A stretch of 63,865 nt of DNA, counting the filler, from Octopus bimaculoides (Eukaryota), in the NCBI RefSeq assembly GCF_001194135.2. It is 6 parts of 5 records of this genome, joined end to end, with 100 filler letters (N's around TTAATTAATTAA, not from the genome) between each part and the next. Parts side by side here need not be neighbours in the genome. Positions count along the whole stretch, not along the records: positions 1 to 7,563 come from NC_068986.1; positions 7,664 to 35,139 come from NC_068983.1; 4 more parts are not named here. One strand, given 5' to 3'. Below, piece by piece: positions 1-12,551 of this stretch. Within the stretch, counting starts at the first letter, position 1, and each line of letters opens with the position of its first letter. Made by a program: the position numbers and the translations under genes. The notes beneath the pieces are model-generated. The model did no database searches and was not told the origin of the DNA. It saw nothing but the letters and a program-made list of their open reading frames with translations.

Positions 1-330
1 ATATGTATATATATATATGTATGTATGTGTGTGTGTAATATATTTGTATATGTAGTGAGAGAGAAGAAAAAGAGAGAGTGACAAAAAGGGAGGAAGAAAT
101 AGATAGATAGATGAATAAATAGGGAGAGAGAGAGATAGAGAGGGCGAGGGAAGCGGAAGAAGTTAGCTGCAAAATATCTAAAAGGAAAACTTACGCAAAT
201 ATAGGTTTTAAATGGTGATAATGACGGTGATGATAATGATGATGATGATGATGATGATGATGATAATGATGATGACGACGACGACGACGACGACGACGAC
301 GATGACAATGACTTGATGATGATGAGGAGG
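1..330. repeat. Compound microsatellite block (TA/TG, GA, (GAT)n then (GAC)n)
   Basis: Directly visible dinucleotide and trinucleotide tracts. Confidence 0.95.
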
Positions 331-1489
331 TGGAGTCCTATGACGACAGCCATCACAAAAGAGATTATAACAGGCGTAGCCATGCATATGTATGTATGAG
401 CGTATGTATGTATTTATATACATGTATATATATATGTGTGTGTGTAATAATATACATGTCTGCATACACACATACACGNNNNNNNNNNNNNNNNNNNNNN
501 NNNNNNNNNNNNNNNNNNNNNNNNNNNNNNNNNNNNNNNNNNNNNNNNNNNNNNNNNNNNNNNNNNNNNNNNNNNNNNNNNNNNNNNNNNNNNNNNNNNN
601 NNNNNNNNNNNNNNNNNNNNNNNNNNNNNNNNNNNNNNNNNNNNNNNNNNNNNNNNNNNNNNNNNNNNNNNNNNNNNNNNNNNNNNNNNNNNNNNNNNNN
701 NNNNNNNNNNNNNNNNNNNNNNNNNNNNNNNNNNNNNNNNNNNNNNNNNNNNNNNNNNNNNNNNNNNNNNNNNNNNNNNNNNNNNNNNNNNNNNNNNNNN
801 NNNNNNNNNNNNNNNNNNNNNNNNNNNNNNNNNNNNNNNNNNNNNNNNNNNNNNNNNNNNNNNNNNNNNNNNNNNNNNNNNNNNNNNNNNNNNNNNNNNN
901 NNNNNNNNNNNNNNNNNNNNNNNNNNNNNNNNNNNNNNNNNNNNNNNNNNNNNNNNNNNNNNNNNNNNNNNNNNNNNNNNNNNNNNNNNNNNNNNNNNNN
1001 NNNNNNNNNNNNNNNNNNNNNNNNNNNNNNNNNNNNNNNNNNNNNNNNNNNNNNNNNNNNNNNNNNNNNNNNNNNNNNNNNNNNNNNNNNNNNNNNNNNN
1101 NNNNNNNNNNNNNNNNNNNNNNNNNNNNNNNNNNNNNNNNNNNNNNNNNNNNNNNNNNNNNNNNNNNNNNNNNNNNNNNNNNNNNNNNNNATATATATAT
1201 ATATATAATATGTATATATATATGTGTGTGTGTAATAATATACATGTCTGCATACACACATACACGTAGATATATGTATATACGTATGCATTTGTGTGCA
1301 TACACATTTGAAATGTGATGCATCCATTTATTTTTAGATATGCGAAAACGTATAATCTTGCTGTGAAAAATAAACACAGTAGCTATATAAGTTTTATCTC
1401 TCCTTAGGCAGAAAAAGGGGAATTGATATGAATAGTTTGTAGTCTTCTTACACTTACATCTGAGAAAAAATATCCAACAGTACTCAAGA

Positions 1490-4400
1490 GTCGAACAATA
1501 GTACCCAAGAGTCGAACAGCAGTTGCTGGAATTAATTAAGAAATCCGGAAACACTATAAGTTTGTTTTCGCTAGATGGCGTATCGAACCCTATAACAGAA
1601 TTCAGTTATGACCCAGAGGAGGTTATAACCTTTGCAGCGTACTTTAGAAAGTACGAAGACATCTTCTAGGAAAATTGCAAGTCGTGGACGGACAACGAAA
1701 AAGTAAGACTATTATTACGTAAATTAGCGCCGGTTAAATACGAAAAATATTGTAATTTCATACTACNNNNNNNNNNNNNNNNNNNNNNNNNNNNNNNNNC
1801 CCCCCCCCCCAAAAAAAAAAACCCAGTGAAATTTGTTTCCAGGAAACAGTCGAACTACTACCAAAAATATCCAACGATAAGAGTTCCCTATTTAACACTC
1901 GATGGGAGTGTGGGAATCTAATTAAAAGAGAGGATGAAGACTTTGTCACGTATGCCGGGACCGTAAACCGAATGTGCGAAAGGTTTAAACTGAAGTGCCT
2001 CATTTTTGTACAAGGGCTTGCGGCAAGCAAAGATGCGGAGATACGTGCAAGAATTCTCACAAAACTTGAACAAGCGGACCAAAGTTTAACCCTGCAGACA
2101 GTTGCAGAGGAGTGTCAAAGAATGTTAACTTACGTCAGAACGTAAAGAAAATTGAAGAGAAGGAATTCTCACAAGTACAAGTGTACCGACCGGGAAGATA
2201 TAAAGAAACAATCAAAATATTAAAACCAAACTCATGCTACGGATGTGGAGCCCTACATTTCAGGAAGGACTGTCCTTTCAAATCGCAAAAATGTTACAGT
2301 TGCCTAAAAGTAGGAAACAAGAACTTACATTGCAGAGCAAAGTTAGGAAGGTGGAACATGAAAAATCCTGAAGTTTTCTCTACAGAAAGTAGAAGCGACA
2401 CCAAAAAGAGGAAATTTGTACTTGTAAAAGTAAACGAAGTGAACATTAAATTACAACTAGATATTGGTAGCGACATCTCAATTATTAATACCGACACGTG
2501 GAAAAGAATTGGGAAACCTACGTTAAGAAAACATCAAAAATTGCACGAGGCGTGACAGGTGAAAAACTACACTTCGTAGGCGAAATGTGGAGTGATATGA
2601 CATTTCGAGGAAAAACCTGTAGAGCAAAAGTTTTCGTGGTAAAAAACGCAACCAATCTGTTCGGTACGAACTGGTTGGAGCTGTTTGACTTATGGGCCTC
2701 CCCATAAGTCTGTTCTGTAAAAAAATAAACAGCTGTCCCGCCAGTGAAAATAACTCAGCAGTTGAATTGAAGAAAAGATTAAAAACCTGTCTCCTGAAGT
2801 GCTATCGGATAAATTAGGTCTCTGTTCTAAGGTTGAGGCTTGTTTTCAAATAAAGGAAAACGTAGTATCTGCATTCAAGCTTAATAGAAAGGTACCATTT
2901 GCTGCGATAAAACAGAGACAGGAAGAATTAGACAGACTGGAGAAATTAGGAATTATTCAAAAAGTAGATTATTCTCAGTGGGCAGCATCATCTGTGTATT
3001 AAAAGAAATAGCAAAACCAAAGTGTGTGCCGATTTTTCTACTGGTTTGAATGACTCTCTAAAAATATGCCACTATCTGCTGCCTACTCTGGAGGATATTT
3101 TTGCAAAATTAAATGGAAGCAAAATATTTTTGAAACTGATCTATCTGATGCGCATCTACAAATTAAAGTAGACGAGGAATGCTCGAAGCTTCTAACAGTG
3201 AATACACATAGAGAACTATACAAATATAATAGATTGCCATTTGATCTGAAAGCCGCACCGGCAATATTTCAACAGGTTATGAATGCAATGTTGGTGGACT
3301 GTCAATTTGCAATTCCATACTTCGATGATGTATTAATTAAAAATGAATCTCGCGATCAGTATGTTGAACATGTGACGTGTGTGTTTCAAAAAATAAGAGA
3401 TTACGGTTTCCTACACAGTGAAGAGAAATGTGAATTCTTTTTGCCTAAAATTAAATATTTGGGACAAATTATAGATAAAAATGGAAGACGACCTGACCTG
3501 TAGAGGGCAGACGCAAGTAAAACTATGCCTCCCCCAACTAACATAGCGACATTACAAGCTTTCCGTGACCTAGCGAGCTATTATCAAAATTACATACTAA
3601 ACGTGTATGAATTGAGAGCTCCACTTAATAATTTGCTAAAGAAAGACGCCAAATAGAATTGGTCAAATAACTGTCAAAAGGCTTTTCAGGATATTAAAAA
3701 ATATTAATTTCGCATTTGTCGCTGGTTCATTTCGATCCTGCAGCGGAGATTTTTGTAGCTTCTGACGCTTCTGAATTCGGCGTAGGAGCAGTTTTGCTAC
3801 ACAAATATAAAGACGGTAATATGAAGGCGGTGGTTCATGCCTTACCTGCTCTGATCGGAGCAGAAAAGAAAAAAAAGGTCAGATAGAGAAAGAAGCTCTA
3901 GCGATTATTTTTGCCGTGAAGAAATTTCACAAATTTCTCCACGGTAGAAGTTTTCGGCTTCAGACGGATCACCGACCGTTACTATCAATTTTCGGATCGA
4001 AGAAAAGAATCCCTACCCATACAGCTAACAGATTACAACGTTGGGGTACAATATTGTCAAATTACAACAATAAGATGGAGTGCATTCCTTTTAAGAAAAT
4101 TGGCCATGCAGATTGTTTATCTAGGCTAATTCCGAAGAATGCGGAACCGCTGGAAGATACGGTGATAGCCGCATTACAATCAGAGAAGGAAATTAAAACC
4201 GTTATGTGTAATGTCATTCAGGAGTTGTCTGTGACTGTACAAGATATAAAAAGTAAATCAGCGGAGGACAAATACATCATAAAAATGAAGGAAACCTTGA
4301 AAAATAAACAAAAGAGAAACACGAATGCGAACAATTTTCATTCTGCGACGATGTATTAATGTACGCACAAAGAGTGGTAGTACCAACTGCACTACAGAAA

Positions 4401-4995
4401 CGAATATTATATGGATTTCATAGTGGACAGCCGGGGACGTCAAGAATGAAAGGTTTGATGAGGAGTTATGTGTATTGGCCGATGATGGACTGGGACATTG
4501 AAAAGTTGGTCAAGGCACCACCAGTGAAAGATCAATCCTGGCCTGAGTCGAATAGTCCGTGGTCCAGGTTACATATAGACTACGCTGAGCCAGCGATGCT
4601 GCGTACTACTTGATCATTGTTGATAGCTTTATCAGTGGCCGGAAGTATGTAAGTGCAGCCAACAAACCTTGAAGGTAACAATAAAGTTTAAGCACGAACT
4701 GTTTGCTCAATACGGTGTTCTGGATACTACAGTATCGGACAATGGAGCACAATTTACAGGATACGAGCTCAAGAAATTCTGCAAAACGCATGAAATCAAG
4801 CACATGTTTATCCCACTCTACCAACTGAGGTCAAATGGGCAAGCAGAACGATTCGTACATACTTTCAAGCGAGCGCTAAAAAAAAGCAAGGAACGCATTA
4901 GGAAATGACGAAGCGCTAAATTCTTAAGAGTGTACAGAATAACGCCCAATCCGAATACTAGCTCAGGCAAGTCGCCTGCAGAGCTAATGTTCGCT
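1490..4995 (+). mobile_element. Decayed Ty3/gypsy LTR retrotransposon internal region (Mag/K02A2.6-like gag-PR-RT-RH-IN)
   Basis: Gag-like FSYDPEE..YFRKYEDIF; zinc knuckle CYGCGALHFRKDC; protease LQLDIGSDISII; RT APAIFQQVM/YFDDV; RNase H ASDASEFGVGAVL and FRLQTDHRPL; integrase PWSRLHIDY, SDNGAQF, SNGQAERFV. Many stops and frameshifts; no LTR recognised; 3' end runs into a TA/TG repeat and gap. Confidence 0.95.
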
Positions 4996-5244
4996 GCATA
5001 TATACACTTGTGTATATTCCTCTGTGTGTGTGTATATATATATGTGTGTGTGTGTGTNNNNNNNNNNNNNNNNNNNNNNNNNNNNNNNNNNNNNNNNNNN
5101 NNNNNNNNNNNNNNNNNNNNNNNNNNNNNNNNNNNNNNNNNNNNNNNNNNNNNNNNNACGAGGGGGGGGGGAGGAAAGAGAAAGAGATAGAGTAGCGTCG
5201 GAGGATAAGTTTATATACATGGAAAAGGATGCGTTGTGTTACCC

Positions 5245-6075
5245 AAACATACATACAAGTTGCATTCCAGAAGTTATAGACTTTTTCAGGAGATGCATTT
5301 ATCTATTTCAAAGAAGTACAAAACTCTAATCTCCTCCAAGGTAGAATACACTTGCTAATCTTTCCAACAACTTCATGAAAAGCCCCATAGAAGTCTTCCA
5401 AAATGTAGAAGCCCAGGGTTTTTGTCATAGCCTTCTTCATTTTCAAAACGACTGCCCCATGACGCTGTCTTTCAGTTTGGAGAACATACAAGACTCACAG
5501 GGAGCAAGGTCTGAACTGTATGGAAGGTAAGGTCCAGTTTCGATGCCTACTCTCTGGTTACCAGAATGCTCGTCACTGAGCGCCCTGGAAACAAACTTTG
5601 CACAAATTTTGCGTATGTTTAGATCTTCAACAACAATTCCGTGTCTAGTTGCCACCCCAACTCCAAACGGTGTGCTTATTCTCTCCACAGACATACAACG
5701 GTCTTCATCCAGAAAATTGCAAATTTTCGCAACCAGCTCTGATGTCCTAACGTCCCTCTTCCCCACCATACTTCTCAACCTCTTGTCCCAAGTGCGTGGC
5801 TTACACAAATTAATCCATAATCATAAGTGTCTATACAACAAATTTTGTTGTATAGCGAGCTTCCATAGTGTCTTCATTTCCGGCCTGTTATCCTGCAAAC
5901 TAGTCAGCTGTGATTAGTATTAGTGAAGTGTGTTCTAAGTGCTGTTACAACCCCCTCTTTCAGTCTGGAATAACAAAAGTTAGCAGCTCAGCTTATTAGA
6001 TGTATTGAAATAATATACTAAAATTGCAATAATCTATGCATACATGAGTGACTTCCTTTCCTAGAAAAGTCTAAT
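5245..6075 (-). mobile_element. Internally deleted mariner transposon remnant
   Basis: ORF 5443-5808 has mariner HTH-region residues (DEDRCMSVERIS, LNIRKICAKFVSR) joined directly to a degenerate PYSPDLAP motif (PYSSDLAP); most of the catalytic domain is missing. Ends approximate. Confidence 0.85.
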
Positions 6076-6102
6076 ACCACATACATATATACTTATGTAT
6101 GT

Positions 6103-6633
6103 ATGTATGTATGTATGTTTAAGGATGGCATAAGGACTGCTATGAAGTCAATTGGAATGGCTCCAAAAGATATAGAAGTCCTCGCTTCAGATCGAGTTGG
6201 ATGGCGAACAAGGGTGTGGAGTGGAGTGAAAGCATTTGAAGAGGCCAGGATGATGCAAGCAGGGCTCAAGAGACATTTAAGGAAAAATGTAAAGACTGAG
6301 AAGGTGAATGACAAGGACCTTTTTGTGTGCACAGTCTGTGACAGACCATGTCTGTCCTTGGCTGGCCTCAAATCTCACCTGCGAACCCATGGAAAACAAA
6401 CCTCACCCAGCTATTCTGATTATATGTCTGTGCACACGATTGAATGTGGTGTGTGCCAGAGGGTTTGCAAATCCAATGGGGGTCTTGAAAGACATGTTAG
6501 GATCCACAATGAGCAGAACTTACTTGCGGGTATTGGTAGTGCAAATCAGAGGTGCAATCTGTGTGGGTGTTTTTTCAAAACACTGTCTGGTTTAAAAAGC
6601 CACATCAGACGCCATGAAAGGGCTAAGGTGTAG
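6103..6633 (+). CDS. Uninterrupted frame with three C2H2 zinc fingers (C-terminus of a LINE ORF)
   Basis: CTVCDRPCLSLAGLKSHLRTH, CGVCQRVCKSNGGLERHVRIH, CNLCGCFFKTLSGLKSHIRRH. The ATG lies in the microsatellite, so it is probably not the native start. Confidence 0.65.
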   Translation: MYVCMFKDGIRTAMKSIGMAPKDIEVLASDRVGWRTRVWSGVKAFEEARMMQAGLKRHLRKNVKTEKVNDKDLFVCTVCDRPCLSLAGLKSHLRTHGKQTSPSYSDYMSVHTIECGVCQRVCKSNGGLERHVRIHNEQNLLAGIGSANQRCNLCGCFFKTLSGLKSHIRRHERAKV

Positions 6634-6680
6634 GTGCAGGAGGTGGTCAAACTCTGTTTAAGGAGTAGACAACCACCATG
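6115..6680 (+). mobile_element. 5'-truncated non-LTR retrotransposon 3' end (RTE-like)
   Basis: Post-RT signature KDGIRTAMKSIGM..EVLASDRVGWRTRVWSGVKAFEEAR, terminal zinc fingers, 3'UTR stem-loop GGTGGT..ACCACC (6642-6677), (TATG)-type repeats on both sides. Confidence 0.75.
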
Positions 6681-6704
6681 TATGCATGTATTATATATAT
6701 ATGT

Positions 6705-6743
<39 letters not shown>

Positions 6744-6931
6744 CATATGCATTCATCTATGTATACATATGCATACACAAGTATTTATGATATATGATAT
6801 ATATATATATATATATATTTATACACACATGCACACATGCATATAACTTTATGGAGATACACCCTTATGTGTTTACTTTAATTTATATCACCCTGTTCTC
6901 GTATTCACGTGCACACGCGCGCGCGCACATA

Positions 6932-7271
6932 CCGTATTTGATGGCCTATAAGATGCACCTTTTTTTACTCGAAAATGGCTTTAAAAATCCCCCTGCGTCC
7001 ATTGCACTCAATGTAGGCTCAAAACTCGCTCCAAACTGTATGTATGTTTACAAAACGTGTGCTGCCATCTATTGGTGAACAATCACCTACGGTATGTTTA
7101 TATCGAATGTGGATACAATAACTTGCTTATAATTACCGGTAATAACATAAAGTTATACAGATAAGTGGAGGAATTAAAACATTATTTTAGTGGCAGTTTA
7201 TTTTACAAAAGTATAGCCTAGGCTAGTGTGTGTCCTATGCACTCGTGTATCTTATAGACCATCAAATACAG
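6932..7271. mobile_element. pogo/Tigger-like MITE
   Basis: TIR CCGTATTTGATGGCCTATAAGATGCAC / GTGTATCTTATAGACCATCAAATACAG (3 mismatches), TA on both flanks. Confidence 0.85.
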
Positions 7272-7663
7272 TATATATATATATAAACATGCGTACATGC
7301 ATACAGATATACATACATATATACAAACATGCATTCATGCATACAAACATAGACATATAAACATGCATTCATACACATACATACATACATACATACATAC
7401 ATACATACATACATACATACATACATAATACATACATACATACATACATACAATTTCAATGGTGATACCCTTTAGACTGTGATAGAAAAACTTCAGGAGT
7501 AGAAAGGCCCACAAAGAGATTCGTTTGTCGGATATTGGTACAAAATATTGACGTTGTGTCAGTNNNNNNNNNNNNNNNNNNNNNNNNNNNNNNNNNNNNN
7601 NNNNNNNTTAATTAATTAANNNNNNNNNNNNNNNNNNNNNNNNNNNNNNNNNNNNNNNNNNNN

Positions 7664-8044
7664 AGTAGCTTGCTTACCAACCACATGGTTCAGGGCTCGT
7701 TCCTACTGCGTGGCACCTTGGGCAAGTGTCTTCTACTATAGCCTCGGGCCGACCAAGTCTTGTGAGTGGATTTGGTAGACGGAAACTGAAAGAAGCCCGT
7801 CGTATATATGTATATATATATATGTATGTGCGTGTATATGTTTGTGTGTCTGTGTTTGTCTCCCCAGCATCGCTTGACAACCGACGCTGGCGCGTTTACG
7901 TCCCCGTAACTTAGTGGTTCGGCAAAAGAAACCGATAGAATAAGTACTAGGCTTCCAAAGAATAAGTCCTGGGGTCGATTTGGTCGACTAAAAGCGGTGC
8001 TCCAGCATGGCCACAGTCAAATGAGTGAAACAAGTAAAAGAGTA
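7664..8044 (+). mobile_element. SINE family A (tRNA-type head, CORE-like GGCACCTTGGGCAAGTGTCTT, internal TA/TG repeat)
   Basis: Same sequence recurs at 32093, 37163, 38740, 43555 (+) and 24010, 26000, 31952, 62073 (-). Confidence 0.85.
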
Positions 8045-8462
8045 TACACATACACACACACACATATAGTAATATATATGTATGTATGTGTGTATGCGTT
8101 TGCATGTATGTGTTTGTATACACACACATAGGTGCAAACTCATACACACATACACAACACAAATACATATTTATATATATATACTTGTAAGAACTACGCC
8201 CAGTATTTGTATTTACTTAACATATTTACTTGTTTATTAATGTTGCGACGGTTGACAGAATCGGCAGCCATTTGGTGCTAATACTTTCTGATCATGGGAT
8301 TGTCTGTTTGTGCGCTTACATGTATCTCTGTTTTGTGTATATGGACGTTTGTGATTTTCTTGTTGACAAAAAAATCAGTGTCTAAAAAATTATTGATATT
8401 TTTTCCCCGTGTTGTCATTCTACTGTTTTAGCTGTGTTCCTTTGTGTACATGTGTGTGTCTT

Positions 8463-8498
<36 letters not shown>

Positions 8499-8508
8499 NN
8501 NNNNNNNN

Positions 8509-8558
<50 letters not shown>

Positions 8559-8661
8559 CGTGCGATGTGTGTGCTTGGTGTGTCTGAGAAGTATGAAGTA
8601 GTGCGCACTTGTTGAAGCTGCAGGCATTAAATTTCTATATATTTGTTCCGGATGAACTTAC

Positions 8662-8704
8662 AACCAGACCTGTGTGAGTTCATTCAGTAAAATTCTCTGA
8701 TGTT
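8662..8704 (-). CDS. Candidate 43-nt coding exon (EHQRILLNELTQVW)
   Basis: ttctagctag acceptor, GTAAGT donor, open in the phase left by the 8974-9243 candidate. Confidence 0.25.
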
Positions 8705-8973
8705 CTAGCTAGAATAATGCACATGACTACACATTGCATCTGCTTGTGGGCAACAACCGGAAATGTTTCGCTTCTAAAGTCTTTTATCGTTAAAACTTTG
8801 TTTCTGTTTCTCATACCTTCGCTAAATTAATCGTATTTTTTTTTTGTATGAGTTAGAATTTAAAAGTCCTTAAATGACATAGCGGTCAGTGACACACAAC
8901 CATTGATAGAAGAAACTTATAAGAGTTGTGTCATTAAGAATTTAATTGGGGGCATAAACTCAGTGTCTCTTAC

Positions 8974-9243
8974 CTTTCTGAAGGGCTACCGAGATTGGTG
9001 GCATAAAACAGAAAGAAGCTGAAGGCCTGGTTCTCATGCAAGCAATAGAACTTGTTCTACTGTTGTTAAACTGGAAACCTTTCTCCTGAAAACTTAACGG
9101 GCTTCTGCACATTATCTTTCTATCCATTTCAGACACGAAGCTCTTGTGTTGACCAGTCGACAAGCATCTATAACCGAGATCACTTGCCCGAAGTGATGCA
9201 ATCTCAAACAACGAAAATCCTTGGCTACACAGTGAAGATTTCA
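8974..9243 (-). CDS. Candidate 270-nt symmetric phase-1 exon of an unidentified gene
   Basis: Stop-free 90 codons in apparently non-repetitive DNA; acceptor ttttttttattcaaag, donor AG|GTAAGA. No family recognised. Confidence 0.45.
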
Positions 9244-10314
9244 CTTTGAATAAAAAAAATTAAACATAGAGATAAGAATTTCACGCTCTGTAGAGCACTG
9301 GGATAAATCATTGGAGGTACTTAGCTACGTTTGCTATAATAGTAACTTTCGATCTCGTTGAGATACATTCTGCCCTAATTCATTTCGGAGCGATAGAATA
9401 AGTACCTACCAATGAAATATTAATAAAGATCGATTTGATCGACTATATCCCCGAAAGGTGTACTGCTAATACACTTTTTACACTCCAATGATGAAGAGAG
9501 GGATAGTGCCACGGCCCGTATTCTTTCAGGGTGCCTGGGATACGTATAAAAATGCGTGGAATATCCTTTAAGTGAGAAACCTGATAAGAATGCTTGGAAC
9601 AGAGGTAAATCTGCTGAAGGCATTCATGGACAAGTAGCGGGGTCGAACGGGTTAAACGGGTGACGGACTAAATATACCACGCATTCAAGATCTTTCGTGT
9701 GACTCCATAACAAGTTACCAAACAACGATTAAGATTAAATACTTAATTTTATTGAACAGTCGCATGATGAAAGTCTTTGAGCGCAGAGTACCAGAACGAA
9801 ATCCGGAAAGCATTTTGTTCTACGCCCCGGTGATTCTATCAGGCAAACAGTGGAAGCAATAAATAATACACTGTAATAAAAGAGGATTTAATGTAATGGT
9901 TTCTTTTGAGTTGGCAAGAAATAATGGCTGCGTAATCAGGCTATTGAAACTCTGCAGATGATTATTCAATCTTACCGGTGTTACTAAATATTAGAAAACA
10001 ACATTAAGTAGCATGTACACCTCAACGACTCTGAATCTAAGCGTATATGGTTCTTTAAGACAACGAGATATTCTTTATGTGGGTAACCGACCAGCTAGAA
10101 CTAGCAGCCATGTCTTCATTAAATTACACCCTATTTCCTTAAAAACGTACACGCACACACTCACACACACACAGACCCAACTCCGTGCACGCGTTCTATT
10201 ATGTGCTTCTTGATATGGTGGGGGATTTTCCATCGGTTTCGACGATGTTATATCAACTGAATTCATGCTGGTAAAATTAAAGTGTAAGTTGTTGAGAATT
10301 CCACAGTTACGAAT

Positions 10315-10697
10315 GTTGTTGGCACTCTGTCGCTTACGACGTCGAGGGTTCCAGTTGATCAGATCAACGGAACAGCCTGCTCGTGAAATTAACGTGCAAG
10401 TGGCTGAGCACTCCACAGACACGTGTACCCTTAACATACTTCTCGGGGATATTCAGCGTGACACAGTGTGACAAGGCTGACCCTTTGAAATACAGGCACA
10501 ACAGAAACAGGAAGTAAGAGTGAGAGAAAGTTGTGGTGAAAGAGTACAGCAGGGTTCGCCACCATCCCCTGCCGGAGCCTCGTGGAGCTTTAGGTGTTTT
10601 TGCTCAATAAACACTCAAAACGCCCGGTCTGGGAATCGAAAACGCGATCCTATGACCGCGAGTCCGCTGCCCTAACCACTGGGCCATTGTGCCTCCA
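10315..10697 (-). mobile_element. SINE family C, full length
   Basis: tRNA-like head with A box TGGCCCAGTGG and B box-like TTTCGATTCC; 13-bp TSD CACAGTTACGAAT (10302-10314 / 10698-10710); near-identical to 27717-28097. Confidence 0.9.
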
Positions 10698-12064
10698 CAC
10701 AGTTACGAATAATTTTAACTTAATCTGCAACTGAATCAATGTGAAACATCGAAACATAGCTGGGTCATTGAATTAGAAGGAAGGAGTGGGAGAGAAACTA
10801 TTTTGCCCAGTGTCAGAATGGCATTTTATTTCTCTTGAAACGACGAAAGGCAGAGCTGAAATTCGTGTAGCTGATGTAATGTCGATGCCTGTTTTAATCT
10901 CTTTATACAAAGCAAGGCCAATATGATCCGTGTAGATATTACCATCGGAATTTGAATTTTAGCGTCGTGAGTAAAATGTTTCTTGTTTGTGACTACATCA
11001 TGTTCATATCATCATAGTTAATGCGTATTTATATTATTGTGATATATTTTTAGTATTGCTCTCACCACTAATCTTCCCTTTTTGTGGGAATTACCGTTTG
11101 TCTGTGGGAGAGTAGTGTACTATATAGCCATTATAAATGCTTGAATTATGACGTTAACACATTTTGTGTTTGCAATATAATTCATAAACCTACATTTATA
11201 ATTTTATGACCAATATTGTTTATGTGCTTGTGATTTGCTATTGATGAGAATGGAAGCTTTTAATTATATTGTTTTAGTAATATATTATCAATGATAATTT
11301 ATGATGTATTCGAATGCATTTTGTCGTCTGTTTTATGTGATTTTTTTATGTGTTCTGCTATTGTTCTATGGACTGGCCTATTAGTTTTCAATAATATCCC
11401 TTGTTGGCTGATGTTAGTTTTATTTTGTGGATTTCTTTGTTGGTGTTCGAAACGCCGGAATCTAATAAAGGTGTTCTAACATATCAATGGACACGAGATA
11501 TTAGAATGTGTCGTAAATCTGTTTTAGTTTCTGTATGTTTATGTCAGAAATTCAGATGTTTCACTGATCCGGATGCTGGGTTTTGAATACTGTGACGATT
11601 CCCATCTCTTCAGTTAAATAATCACGAGACCTTCGATATGTTCATTAAGCCGTGGATAATGTCCACATTCCTGGTCTTTAAGTATTAATCCTTTCCTGTT
11701 GTGATAAAACTAAACACTGCGAGCGAGAGCTTGGGAGGGAAAAAGATACGTTGTCGATATTTTTGCTTATATTATTTGCATGTTGTACAAAGATAAGGAG
11801 CTTATGTTTTACAGCACGTTGATAATTTCTTGAGAATTCTAGTGCATACCGTGAGTGTTTTAATGCATGGGGACTAGTACAGTATCTATTAATTAATACA
11901 CATTTTATTATTTCTGGCGCCGTGACTTTAATAAGAAGTCTTTCTACGAAAACATCCAGATGTTAGTTATTTCGTTTGTTGCTTCTGAGATCTTTCGGAA
12001 CTAGTCGAACGACTGCTTTTTCGCCCTGGTTTATATTGTCTGGTGACACGTGGCAGTTTAAATT

Positions 12065-12551
12065 CCGTAAATCCTCGAGTATAATCCGCATTTTTTTCCC
12101 AAAATTTAAAGTTCAAAAACTCTAGTGCGTACTATATACGAGGTTAAAAATGAAAACTATTTTCTAAGCAATGTCCGAGTCTCCTTTTGCTGTCCGGCAA
12201 TGTTTATTCAGACGCATTTTGTGATGTCGGGCTTGTAACTGATAGTGATAAACATGCAAAGGCAATTTACTTAATATTTATTTTTCACTGACGTTATTAC
12301 TGTTATTTCTTTATTTTCTGCAAACAAAGTGCACAAAAAAGCTACACGTTTGCATTATGTTATATATACAATAATAATAAAGGACGTTACCATATATATG
12401 TTTACAAACCAAGGACGTTATATACACCTCCTTGACTCAAGTTAGAGAAGGGGTGCGTATTATACACAAGGCTTAGGTTTTTCAGAGGTACAGGCCCCTA
12501 AAATCCCCTGCGTATTATACTCAAGGGCGGACTATACTCGAGGATTTACGG
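12065..12551. mobile_element. pogo/Tigger-like MITE (second family)
   Basis: TIR CCGTAAATCCTCGAGTATAATCCGC / GCGGACTATACTCGAGGATTTACGG; TA on right flank. Confidence 0.85.

Noticed and set aside
425-1266. ~50-bp sequence repeated on both sides of the first gap
   Set aside because: Likely a collapsed minisatellite or contig overlap; cannot be interpreted without reads.
208-1554. Long ORFs spanning N gaps or microsatellites (YIYI, CVCV, HTHT, poly-X) throughout the ORF track
   Set aside because: Artefacts of untranslatable Ns and simple repeats.
7608-7619. TTAATTAATTAA embedded in N runs (also ~35184, ~37463, ~40666, ~59166)
   Set aside because: An identical all-frame-stop spacer centred in fixed-size N blocks: a scaffolding linker, not biology. 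Contig order across these joins is uncertain.
10620-10697. SINE heads as tRNA genes (also 19800-19872, 28020-28097, 59411-59492)
   Set aside because: They continue into SINE bodies with TSDs and do not form a complete cloverleaf.
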